Source: Hydrolagus affinis (Eukaryota). From it: a DNA stretch of 61,175 bases. The position numbers and the translations under genes were made by a program. The DNA lies in assembly GCA_012026655.1 (NCBI GenBank), contig JAAILG010001829.1, positions 1 to 61,175 on the forward strand, written 5' to 3'. Below are positions 1-12,800 of the stretch, one piece after another (position 1 is the stretch's first letter; each line of letters opens with the position of its first letter). The notes beneath the pieces are model-generated. The model saw nothing but the letters and a program-made list of their open reading frames with translations, ran no database searches and was not told where the DNA came from.

Positions 1-639
1 CACCCCCCACGCTGCCGAAACACTCGTGCACGCATACATCACCTCACGGCTGGTCTACGGAAACTCTCTCCTCGCTGGCCTCCCCAGCTCCTCCATTCAC
101 AGGCTGCGGGTCATCCAAAACTCTGCAGCCCGTGTACTATCCCGCACCCGCGACCACATAACCCCCACCCTCGCCCGTCTCCACTGGCTCCCCATCCTCC
201 AGAGGATCAAGTTCAAGATCCTCGTCCTCACCTTCAAGGCCTTACACGGCCTTGCCCCGCCCTATTTAACCGACTTACTCTCGCCCTATAAGCCCACCCG
301 GATCCTCCGTTCAGCAAGTCTTGGCCTGCTCCAAGCCCCCCGCCCGAACCGCCCCACCATTGGAGGCCGGGCCTTCAGTTTTTCCGCTCCCGCCCTGTGG
401 AATTCCATCCCCCAATCCCTCCGCCTTGTTTCTTCCCTTTCCTCTTTCAAGGCCGGTTTGAAGACTTTCCTCTTCGACCGTGACTTTTGTTCCCCCCCGA
501 ATTTTTCGACCTCCCCTACGTGTTTCACCCCTTCCCGAACACTCCCCTCCCAGCTCGGGTCACACGCCTCCTGTGCAGCGCCTAGGGACGTCCTCCCGAC
601 GTGAAAGGCGCTTTATAAGTTTAAGTTGTTGTTGTTGTT
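1..639 (+). mobile_element. L2-clade LINE 3' end (ORF2 C-terminus, tail stem-loop, (GTT)n tail), relatively young
   Basis: ORF 26..604 has L2 motifs [43 protein letters not shown]; CpG-rich; ends gacgtgaaaggcgctttataagtttaag(ttg)n. Confidence 0.92.
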
Positions 640-645
640 ACTCAC

Positions 646-800
646 TGGAGAGCCGGGTGTACCAATAGAGCCTAATTGACCTGCATCTCCAGGCTGACCC
701 TTTCTCCCTGATATTCCAGGAAAACCTGGGACTCCAACAGGTCCCGGGGGGCCTGCAGAAGAAGCCTCTTCAGTACTGCAAGCACAGACACCCTGTTCAC
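646..800 (-). CDS. Collagen IV exon, 155 nt: (G)[51 protein letters not shown]
   Basis: Acceptor tccattgcag, donor gtgagt, phase 1-0; Cys-X-Cys interruption typical of alpha2-class chains. Confidence 0.96.
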
Positions 801-3800
801 CTGCAATGGAAGAGCAGAATTAGTGAACCATAATTTTGAACGAAAATATCTGAGGGAGAAAAACTCAAAATGTCTTTTCCAAACATTAAGAAAACACAAT
901 GCTGTGAAAGCAATATGTGAGAACAATTTTTGAGGGGTGGGGTTATATTATACCTGGGTTACATTTATTCTACTTGCATAGTATTTTAGCATAATTTAGC
1001 AAATTATTGAATTCAGCCTTTGAAGCAAGTTTTCTTTACTTAAAAACGATTTGGAAATTAGGACTATTCAAAAATCGGACAAATTCTGAATGCTTTGAAC
1101 TACTGAGAAAAGAGTATATCTGAGAGTATATCGACTCACAGGTGACATTTCTCCCCCTCCGGGGAATTGTCACACTAACAAGCCGATGTTGACACTTTAA
1201 TGCGATTCCATACAAATATTTGTGATAGTTCACGGCTGTAAAATCCACCCAGAAACTACCCTACTTCTATGCCATGCCACGCCCCAGCCACTCCCTTTGT
1301 TCAGCAAACATCAGCCCGCTTCAACTCCTCTGCCACATCCTCCCCCATCAGTGGATGAGCTTTTTGCTATTCTACCCCACTCTCCAGAACACCAACCCAG
1401 AATCACTTTCCCTCCCATTACAAAAGCCTGCCTGAAGACCTATCTATTCAACCTCACTTTGAATCATTTGCCCTACTCCCATAGTTGCCCTCCCCAGTCT
1501 GGGAGCCAATAAGCCAATAACCCTAAGGATGGAGCCAGTAAATCATTTTTTGAAGGGTCCTCTCATTGTGCAATATATCTACAACCTATAACTCTCATCG
1601 AAGTATGAGTCTTGCTTCTTTTATTTCTCCTCTTACCTTTGACACCTTTTCCACCTGCTCGACCTGGGTAACCTCTGTAACCTCTTTGTCCGGGATTTCC
1701 AATAACCTCTAATCAAATTGAATCAAAGGAAAGGTTAGGTTTCATAACAGAGCAAAACATATCTTACATAATTAAAGATAAATAGAGACTTTAGAGATCA
1801 AAGTTCTTTCTGACCTCCTGAAGCTGGTAGTCCTGGTTGCCCAGGTGGTCCTGGTTTACCGGGTATTCCTGGAGATCCAGGGAGCCCAGGCCGGATCGCT
1901 GAAAACCCAGGTTCACCTTGATACCCTTTGGGTCCTGTAATGCCAGGTGAACCCTGGGGACCTCGATAACCTGAAAAATCAAACCATTGAAACAATATTA
2001 AAACTTGCTGTTTTTTATTCTAGCATCCAGCCTTTGCACTTCAAATTCCAACAAGATGTCACATATGAAGCAGACAAACAAGTTGCTTTGGGGAGAAATT
2101 CAGTTGAGCTATTCCCCTCACCTGGATAGTTGGCTTGTTGTCCAGGTGGACCAGGGGGGCCATATGGGCCTCGTGGACCTACTTCTCCAGGGAGACCTCT
2201 ATCACCCTCCGGACCTCTGTCACCTCGAAGACCTAGCAGCAAGAAAATACATGTTTGAAGAAACTCAACATACAAGGAACACAGCTTTTATTTAAACATT
2301 AAGTAATCACATAAAAATGACTTTGCCCTAGCTGGGTAAGGATGCCAATGAACCTTAACCAGGAAGGTTTTGTTCTTGAAGGATTGGGGGAATATGAATG
2401 AATATGAATAATGTTCTCTTCCAAAGTCTCTCCCTGGACTGTGATACACAATATCCATAGCACAACAGTTCTAGACAAGCTGCGACAGCTACCAGAGCCA
2501 TTCTTTAATCTTCAACCAGTGCTGGAGAGACTAGAAATGTCTCTTTCTCCTTTCATACTGGTTTTGTTCAGTGTTTCTCATCATGAATTAACCAAAAGTA
2601 ATAGCTCCATGGATGTTGAGGGGTAGGGGGTGGGGGAGAATCATGGATGTGAACCCCAAGTGCTCATGATCTCACATATGCTGCATGTGTGAAAGCATCA
2701 CTTTATGATATTATATTTCACTATAGGCAGAACAAGGAGAGGGGACTCTAGTCTTTTGAGCCTGTGTAACTGGCACACACAACATTGAACCATGATGTTG
2801 TTTTTTGGGCATGCTTTCCTGCAGTATAGACCAGACATTAGAGAGATATATTGCCCCTCACAACCAGATGCTTTTATCTATTTATTTAAAAAAAGTTAAA
2901 GAAAGAAACATTACCACTGGGAATAACTCCAGAAAAACTTGTGGTTTCTCCTTGAACACCTTGATCACCACGTTCACCCTGGAGACAAATGCCATAAGGA
3001 TAGTTAGAGGACACTATATCAGGAAAATGATCCAACTAGCTCCAAAATGTGTCCCTGGTCCAATCATAAGATCACAAGGGGGTAAATGGCATCCAGGATA
3101 TCTATATTTCCTGTTCCTAAATCCCAGGGCACCTCAGTTCTGTACAGAGCTTGTAAACTGGTTAGATCTAAGGATAGAGCAAGCCTGGAAATGGGGGTTG
3201 GGTGCAAAATTGTGGGCAAGGTAGTCAAGCCTTGGCTTTAACACCAGAATCTATTGAGAAAACAAGGCCAAACATGACAGGACAGGAAGTCAACAGAAAG
3301 GACAGATAGGCTAGGGAGTCATCAGAGAGAACAACAATAGACATGATGGAGAGAGGGATAGAATGAACAAGGTCATGTAGGACAAAGAGAGGGAAGGAGA
3401 GAATAAGATAAGGGATAACAGGACAGACATTCTACAGGAAGAACAAAGGCTAGCAGGTGAGGGAGAAGAAGAGAAAAAATGAGGTCAGGCAGGAGAGAGA
3501 GAGAGAGAGAGAGAGCAATGGCTGGCAGGATAAAGAAAGGAGAGAACAGTGATAGGCAGAGGGCTAGAAAGAACAAGAATAACTAGGACAAGGTGAATGG
3601 GACAAGGAGAATGACCTGGAGAACAAGATAATCGGTAGAAAGAGACAACATAGGTGGAGACCAACAATTTATCTGAAGAAAGAAACACAAAAATAGAATT
3701 GAAAAACTAAAATGAGAGAATGGAGAAGGAGGTATGTTTTTATAGTGGAATTCCAATTTTATTTTACGTACTGTTATTTAAATGTAAATTGCTCGTTCCA

Positions 3801-6800
3801 ATAGTGATATATAAGTATTTCCCACATCCGTTCCCTCTCTATCAACTGTTTAGCAGTCAAAAACTAACTAGCCTGGTCGTTCTACCAGGTAGGATGTAAA
3901 ATTTGGCCTTCGTGATTATACATATTGCATAATGCTGAAATAAATAATTCTAATTTGAGGTTATGTTGCTCTAATCTGATGAAAGTAACAATCAAAACGA
4001 AGAAAATAAAGTACCTTTGTTCCACTACGACCACTTGCACCGTGAAAACCATGGACACCTGGGTGACCCTGGACACCATAACAACAACATAAATTACACA
4101 AAGATACACATAAGACATATAGTAACTGGGGAAAAAAAGGTAGTAAAATAAAAGATTGTGTTACAAAAGCTCATCTACCTTCATAAACTGAACAAAGACA
4201 AACTTCAATCAATGCTTCACACTGAACATCAAGCCTTATTACCACATTTTCAAGAGGAACGCTTGATCAGCAGTATAACATACAGACTGCAAAATCTATG
4301 GCTATAACACAGTAAGCTGGATGCTCTCTTGTAGGAAGAAACCCATTATCCAGCACTGAGAAAATTAGAGATACTGTTATGTAATATTCTGGGGGCCAGA
4401 GTTGGTGAGAATTACAGTGATTCAGTCTTTTTCTGTACGCAGGTATATCGTTGGTGCTATTAGTAGATTGAGGAAGCCTGCATTAAACTTTATATTTCAC
4501 TCACACTAAACTGTAATAACTAAACAAAAGCAAGCTGGCTCAATCCACAGACGCTCTTCATTTGAAAAAGGATTTCACGCACGGCTGTAATGCTGACCAA
4601 AATAGGGAACAATGCATAAAATTCATTCTTCTTGGTTTACATATGAGCCAATAGGTTTATAAAATACGATGACTTGGGTTGATAGATTTACCAATGATTG
4701 GAAAACTATCCCCTGTACTTATAAAAACCTAAAATTGAGAACATGGCTGGTTGTGAGCACAAATTCTGTAACTCAATGTGAAGCAAGTCCAAGCATGACC
4801 AATATACAAAAAGAAAGCTTTATTTATTCATAAAACAAAAACCTAAATCGCTGGGAACACTCAGAAGGTCAGGCAGCATCTATGGAGAAAAGAAAAGCAG
4901 GTCAACGTTTTGGGTCCATGACCCTTTGTCAGAACTGAACGGTTCTGACGTAGGGTCGTGGATCTAAAACGTTGACTTGCTTTTCCTTTCTCCATAGATG
5001 CTGCTTGAACTGCTGAGTGTTCTCAGCGATTTCTGTTTTTGTTTCATATTCCCAACATCTGCAGTATTTTCCGTGTTTGGTTTATTTATTCAGTTGCAAA
5101 CATAGGAATTGCTGACACAGATTAAATTGGAATGTGTCTTGACAGCAATGAAAAGGATTTTATGATTATTTTTAATAATATTCCTTACATTTGTTATGGC
5201 ACCTTTCACACCATTAGGGCAACTCAAGGTGTTTCACTGAATATAAATTACTATAAAGTGATTATAGTTTACTCTGTTTTGTGGGTGAATGCAACAGCCA
5301 AGTTGTGCACAACAATGTTCTACAAATAGCCATGAAAAGAATGACCAATTTTTTTAATTTGCCTTTTTTTTGACCAGGTAGAAATTCCCTTCTTTTTTTG
5401 AATGGCCCATTGGATTTTTAACGCCCAACTGAACAGGCAGATGGGACCTTGGTTTAACAACACATTAGAAGGATGGCGCCTCCAAAAATTGAACAACTAC
5501 TGCACTGAAGTGTCAGCCTGGACTACATGAATTCTAAGTCTCGAGGTGGAGCTTAACCCTACAAACGTCTGATATAGAGGTTAGAGTGCTAGAATTCAGC
5601 TCTATGAAGGAAAGGACTATGAAACAAAGCCACAAAAATCTATTCAATGCATCACAGAACACCAAACTCATCTTATTTGACAACTCACTCTGTCTCCTTG
5701 TGGTCCTGGGAAACCATCCAAACCACTGAAACCCTGCGTCAAAAAAGATAGCATTAGTGATGTTTACTTTAAAAGAAACAAGAAAGTGGTTCATTAACTA
5801 TTCTTTTATAATGTATGTCTTACCCTTAATCCCGGGAGTCCCATTATTCCACGTTCTCCCTTTTCTCCTGGAAGACTTGCAATTCCCTAAAACAAAACAT
5901 TGATGAAACAGAGCATGGCTCACGTTTTGGCAATCTAAGTCATAACCTGACTGATGCTTTTCCCCTCTCCAGCCCAAAGATGCTCCAGATATTGCCAAAA
6001 AATGAAGTGTTCTAACTGAAAACAGACCAGTAGCCATACCTGAAGACAGACCAGTAGCCATACCTGTGATATTCCGCATGCGGAATATCACAGGTATGGC
6101 TACTGGTCTGTTTTCAGGTATGGCTACTGGTCTGTTTTCCTTTCTTCATAGATGTTGCCTGACCTTCTGAGTGTTCCCAGCGATTATAGGTTTTCGTTTT
6201 ATGAATAAATAAGGCTATCCTGGTCTGTCTGGATCATTGCTACCTGAGTGGAATTTTTGTACATCATTTATTACTTAGCTACACAGAAGAAAAGCCTATT
6301 AAAGCTAGTTTGATACGCAATTCTTTCGATTATTCTTCTCCTTAGATAGAGTTGAGATTTTGAAAGGAACACTCAAGGATGAGACCATGCAAGGCTTTAA
6401 CAATCAATATTCTTTCATAGATCACTCCCAACATCCAGTGCTTTTAATTGACCATTTCAGTCATTGAAACAGCTAGAAAAGCACAGCTTTTAAATATTTT
6501 TATCTTCCTTTAGTGGGTTGTAGATGTAAATTTCTGACCAACATGGTGAATCCCTCGATAATTTGGTATTTTGTAAAATCGTATCTCATAGTAAAGCAGT
6601 TAACAAGACCTGAAGAAATGTTCAAATCTAGTAAACGGAAGTATACTTTAAACCAGTTGTACTAGTTTGGTTTCAAAATGTAGCAATTTCTGACAAGGCA
6701 GAAGCAGATCACACACATCATGGGAAGTCAGGGGTTGCTGTTTGAGACTGAGAGAACTTCTCTTAAATTGGTGTGTCACAATTATGGATTCCTTGGTTAA

Positions 6801-9800
6801 GTAATCAGATTTGAAATTGTCTCACTTAGCATCCAGCTTATGGTTACACAACGCGGCAACTTACTGAAAGTCCAGGAAGTCCTATTTCCCCCTCAAATCC
6901 TCTGGAACCTCTTTCGCCCTTAACATAAAAAAATTCAGCAATAAATATATCTATATATATATGATCAAATGAATAATTTACTATCTCGTCATAGTATAAA
7001 GTACACTTTCAAAAGGTAAAACATGTCATGTGTGATTATCATAGAAAACACTGGTGTAATTAATGGACTCAACCAATGGACGTTTACATTTACAGGTCAT
7101 TTTACAGGTCGTTTCATGGCAGGAGGACAACTCAAAGTGTTTTACACTGGTGACATGGAGCTTGAGTTTGGGGTATTTCCCCCCAAAGTGATCACGATGT
7201 TCATCAGCTCATCAGTTTCATCACACTTGGTGTCCCATGGGTTTAACCCTTGACTCCCTCCACCTCCATACAAGCTCCCATGATTTAGGGTTGCAGAGGG
7301 CAATTTCATGACAAAAAACAGGAAGTTTTTCATCATTCTGGGTAATTTACAGTAAATTAACAAGTGAAATAGTTTCCCAGAAAAGGTGCTTGAGGCCAGG
7401 ACCCTGGAATCGTTTTTTAAAAAAATTGATCCTGTGATGGGGGGATGCTCAATTAAGCTTCTGGAGGGGTGAGATCAGATAGGCTGATAAACTTCTTCTT
7501 TTGAACTAATTTTGTGATTTTATGCTGAATATCTTTATAATATATACCAGTTTCCACTGACTCATTTACTGTGATTCATAGAAAAAAAGGGTTAAAGTAA
7601 ATCCTGCTGAAGCTCTTGAGTTTGTAATGTTGGCAATGTGACCATTTGCACCACTATAGTATAAGGCCACTTATGCAAATGTTGTCTCTTTCAAGAACTA
7701 TCTCAAAATCCTCCTCTTCGACGGTGCCTTTGGTCACTCTCCTACCCCTATCCTTCCTGCACCCTACCCCTCCTGAACCCAACCACCAGCTTGGTACGAA
7801 TCCATATAGCATATCTTATCTCAGCTCTTTGAACAATAGCAAATACAGAATGTTTTTTTTAAAAGAGGAGGGCACATTGCAGAGAAAGTATCCACTTTCC
7901 CTTTTCTTTCATTGCTGTTATATGACTGGAATTAATGTTACCTTCTCTCCTGCTTCTCCTTTTGCATAGATGGTCACAGAGGGGCCAGTTCCTGCACGTG
8001 GACCAGTGGGTCCTGGCAAGCCTACTTCACCCTGCGAAACAGCAATAAACCATTAGTGAGGGAGCAACAAAATAAAGCAACACCATCCTATTTATCCTAC
8101 TTCCACATCAAGTTCATGCCCTGCCCTACCTCAACAACAACAAATTACATTTGTATAGTGCGTTTCATGTCAGGAAGAAATCCCAAATGGGCTGGACAGT
8201 CAGGGTTTCACACCAAGCTGGTGGTGGGGATCAGGAGGGGTAGGATGCAGGGTGGGTAGGGGTAGGAGAGTGATCAAAGGCACCATTGAAGAGGAGGGTC
8301 TTGAGACAGCTCATGAAAGAGACAAGAGGGGATTAGGTGGAGGGAATGTGGGATGGAGTTCCAGCAAGTTGAGCAGAGAGATTGAAGGCCCGCCCACCAA
8401 TTGACATGAAGCAGGCTGGAGAATGCTGAGCAGAGGGAGCGGACAGATTGGTGGTGGGGTTTCGAGGTGACAGAGGTAAGGATGAAGAAGGCTGTGGATG
8501 GCTTTGAAGGTGAAGACCAGGATCTTGAACTGCATCCTCTATGCGATAGGGTCTTGGAGCCTGGTGCAGGAGAGAACAAGGGCTGCAGAGTTCTGGATGA
8601 TGTGCAGCCTGTGCAGGGAGTAGTTGGGGCGACCGACAAGCAGGGAGTTTGCATAGTTGAGTCTGGATGTGATGAACACGTTGATGAGTGTGGCAGAGCC
8701 GGGAAATGTTGTGGAGTTGGGTGAGGTACTGCTGGCCATAGCATAGATGTGAGGGATGAAGAACGGATGAAGGTCAAACAGGACGCCAAAGTTCTGTTTG
8801 GTTCCGTGGGGTGTAGAGTGGATGTACAAGGGTGATGCTGTCAGCGCTCGAGGGATAGAGGTGCTGACAGGAGCCAAGCAGGAGGGCCTTGTTCTTGTTG
8901 ACATTCAACTGATGGATGTTTGCTTTCATCCAATACTTGAATTTTGGTCAGCAGGTAATTTTGTGCGGACAGCAGTAGTCCTGGGGTCGAGGGTGGAGGC
9001 GGAAAGGTAGAGGTTGGTGTCACCTCATGTCTATGGATAATGTCACCAAGACAGAGCATGTAAATGTTGGAAAGGAGGGCACCAAGGACAGAGCCCTGAG
9101 AGATGCCACACATGATGATGTGGGGGCTGGAGGAGAAGTTGGTAGTGGAGAAAATGTGGAGACACGGGGAGAGGATTTGAAAGACTGGTCCGCAAAGGTT
9201 GAACTGAGAAGAGGATAGAATCTAAATACCGTATCACTGTGACTCGATGAGGTCAGGGTTTTTGATGGTGGAAATCTCTGTGATCAGGTTCCATTGCTTT
9301 TAAGTGGTTAGATCTTTAAGTCATTAGATCTCCCGATGTGAAAGGCGCTCAAAAAATGTAATTTTGTTTGTTGTTGTTGTAATTCATTTGATCGTTCTTA
9401 AACATTTCCAAGTGGAAGGATCAGCAAAAATTTCTAGAAATAAGAAGCACTTACTTTATCTCCCTTCTCACCCTGGAAACTAATTCCGTCACTACCCTGT
9501 AATTGAAACAGTAATACAATGTTAAATGCCACAACCAACCAAACATTGTTTAGAAAGTGAGATCTAAGTTGCAGTATAAATGTTGAAAGGGTGGGCAGCA
9601 TTCATTGTGATTTCCGAAAGCTGTTAAATTGCAAACAACAGAACAACAGAAAGAAAAATCCCCAACTCTGTCCATTTTGCTCTCCAGGGACAACATGCAA
9701 GCACTTCAGCAGCTTTAGGAATTCACTGACCTCAAAATGACCATAAAGGCTGAATGAAGAGGGTTTAGACCAATACTTTCTTCCCAACCTTTTATTGATG

Positions 9801-12800
9801 TATTTATCTTTTGGTTGCAAAGTGTGGTGTGTATGTGTACATATATTACGTATAGTCTGTACACAAAAGATAAATGTGTTCATCCACAAATATACAATCA
9901 ATTCACTTTGCACCATAGTATGTAAAGCACTTTTTGATGTCTCAAAGATGTGATAAGGTGAAGTATAAAATGCAAGTATTGTTTATTGTTATTATATCAC
10001 AAATTAAACTCACTGATACGTAGCACATCTAAATAAAGGACATTGTACAGAGTTGTCATTTTCTTCTAGGCCAAAAGCATGTAGAGTACTACATTTTCTA
10101 GGGATTTTAACAATAGATTCTATGAATCAGAACTTTACTTTTACACATAAACCAATTTAGAGTACAGATCCCCAGAGGCAATCTCAATTTAAAAAATCAA
10201 CAACAACTTGCACTCATATAGTGCTCATCACACAGGATACCATCCCAGTGTTGACGTTGGCCGCCAAGCAAGGGAGGAATGGGAAGGAACTGTAGGTGTG
10301 TTCAAACCGATAGGTTGTAAGGTGGGCAATAAAGGCAGATAGAAAGGGGGTGAAGTGGAGGAATAGAAACAGACAATTCCAAAGTTTTGGAATATTGGCA
10401 CTGATAATGAAGAGACATCTGCAATTAAATGCCGAGTATTTAAATTGAGCTAAAGGAATAAGCAATGGTTCAAGCAATGGATGATATTATTCTGACCTGT
10501 GGTCCAGCAGATCCTGGAAGGCCTGGAAACCCCTGTAACATAAAAACAATATCAATTGTGTTAACAACAGGCACCTTGGCATCTCATTAACCGAAAAACA
10601 TTTTTTAGAACCATAAAAAAACTGTAAAAATGCAAATTAAAACTAGATTGCGAAAAAAATATTTAGAATGCCATATTGAAACTATAATAACATTCAGAGT
10701 ATTCATACATACTGTCTGTCCTTTCTGTCCCATACGACCCCTTGGACCAATTAGACCGGGGGAACCTGCTTGACCCTGTAGAAATAGAATCGGTTAATTA
10801 TTATGAAATAATATTGATCATCACTATCGTTTAGTGCAGAATTCCTTTTGATAAACATGTTTATTTCCTGATCCTTCAAGAACAACAACAGGGATATAAG
10901 TGAGCCAAAAGAATGTACCACTTCCTCATAAATGTAATAGAAGACCTTGAAAAAGTTAGCATTTTTAAAGTGCCTTATCAAATAAAAGCATCTCACTGAA
11001 ATTTTAGAATTCATTTTAAGCATCAAAATATTTTAATTCTGTCACTTAATTTGATACAAATTTAAAATTAAAATACAGTACTCACTGGAAAGCCATCCAA
11101 ACCTGGATAACCAGGTTCACCCTGTAAATCCAAAAGATGGAGGCACATGGTTAGATTTTCGTTTCATTTTCTTCCCCTGCCCCATGTTGCAAGTAGATTC
11201 TTGCACTTCTAATATTTCCTAGAAGGATCCTGTGCAGACAACTGCAAGTTTGCAGGTCTTTCTTTATCTCTTGTGCTCTTGAACCAGTTTCAGAGTGGAT
11301 TGGGTGATGCTGATTTAAGAGCCATTAATATTTCCTGGGAGAATTATCTCTGATACATTTGATTTAGGGGCAACTTGCAAGTACCCATATGGAAGCTTCT
11401 GCAGACGGCACAACTGAAATTAGGAAATATTCAATTTCCTACCATTTCAGAGAGGTTAACACATCTGGAACTATGACAGACTGGACAAGTTCCAAGTCTG
11501 TGCACCCTGTCCATGGTTTGACACTTTTGAGAAAATGCCATTTATAATGAATAATAGATACTTAACTGTATTGAAACTCATGTACATCTCATCTGTTGAC
11601 TTATGGGACGTCAGCTCAAACACATGGTAGCCTTAGAGCTAAGGTCTCCCAAAGTCGTTGTAATGACTACTGTATTTCCTGGAGGAAAGGCTATTAATGT
11701 TGCAAAGTACCTTTACACCCCATGCCAGCCAGATATTACTAATATTACCACTTTAATCAGAAGTACACTTTCATCTCTATTGAGACTAATGCAAAGTAGG
11801 TCTGATGTAAACTCAAGACTGTTTGAATTACAGAAAGACGGTTCTCTTGCAAACACCATTGGTGAATGGAAGTCATTGCTTGGTCGATAAAACTAAAATG
11901 ACAAGGGGGACAGGGGTAAGTGGTCCCTCATAGTTGAAGTGCTTTTTTTTTTAGTTAACTGCATCTCAGATACGTGTAGATTCCAGCACCATGCCACCAT
12001 GCTTTAAACTCTTCAACCTAATCTATTGAGAGTTCTACATAGGTATGTAGAACTATGCCTGTTACAGAGTGTACATTCTCTCTCCAGAGGAATGCCTAAT
12101 CTTCAGGGGTTTAGGAGCTTGATGGCAAGAGTCCCAACAGTTGCATAAGAGATGCAGCTAGAGTTTAAGCAGATAAAACTGCACAGCTTGGTACTGCAAA
12201 TACTGGCAAATGTCTTGACTTAACATCTTGTTGATATAAACTGTGCACATAGCATTGACTGACAAATCTAGAAGTGGCCCCTGAATTTGCACCAGCTCAA
12301 AACTGCCTCTGGGGTTACCTGACTTGAGGTGGTCTCACTGTGAGGTGCAGTCTGCAAAGACTAGTCTTCCCTGATGTGGAGCACTTGGTCTAACATCACA
12401 GATCTGAATATACACACAATGGTTGTATCCCAGCAGGGGAGGAGAAAATTGGGGGAGAACACACAACACTAATAGTTATCCTTTTGAGCACTCCTTGCAT
12501 TTTATCTGACCAAATCTAAATGAAATCTACAAAGAAAGCTACTGAATTAACAGCAGAACTCTGTCCCTGTTCCACTCATACCCTTTCCACATTTTTAAAC
12601 GTGCTGTTAGCAAAATTCCTTGAAACTTACCCTTAGGCCAACTGTAACCAAAAAAGGTTCACCTTTCTGACCCTTTGGTCCATAGCCACCCTATGTTATG
12701 GGATAGCAAATAAAGAGGTTAGCACATTTACACTTGTGAAGAACGTCATGAAATTCTGCTGCTTTAGCATTCAGTGTAAAAAAAACTGTGGGTGCATTGT

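Noticed and set aside
26-604. 192-aa ORF as a host gene
   Set aside because: It is the C-terminus of L2 ORF2, with an arbitrary GTG start
1706-1710. Alternative acceptor 2 nt downstream (TAG-AG)
   Set aside because: It would break frame with the upstream phase-1 exon; the first AG gives the correct 72-nt exon
3373-3688. Hydrophobic Leu/Ser-rich ORFs resembling membrane peptides
   Set aside because: Translation artefact of a CT-rich low-complexity tract
6018-6139. 24-bp repeats as a CRISPR array
   Set aside because: No spacers, inverted arrangement, vertebrate intron and no cas genes
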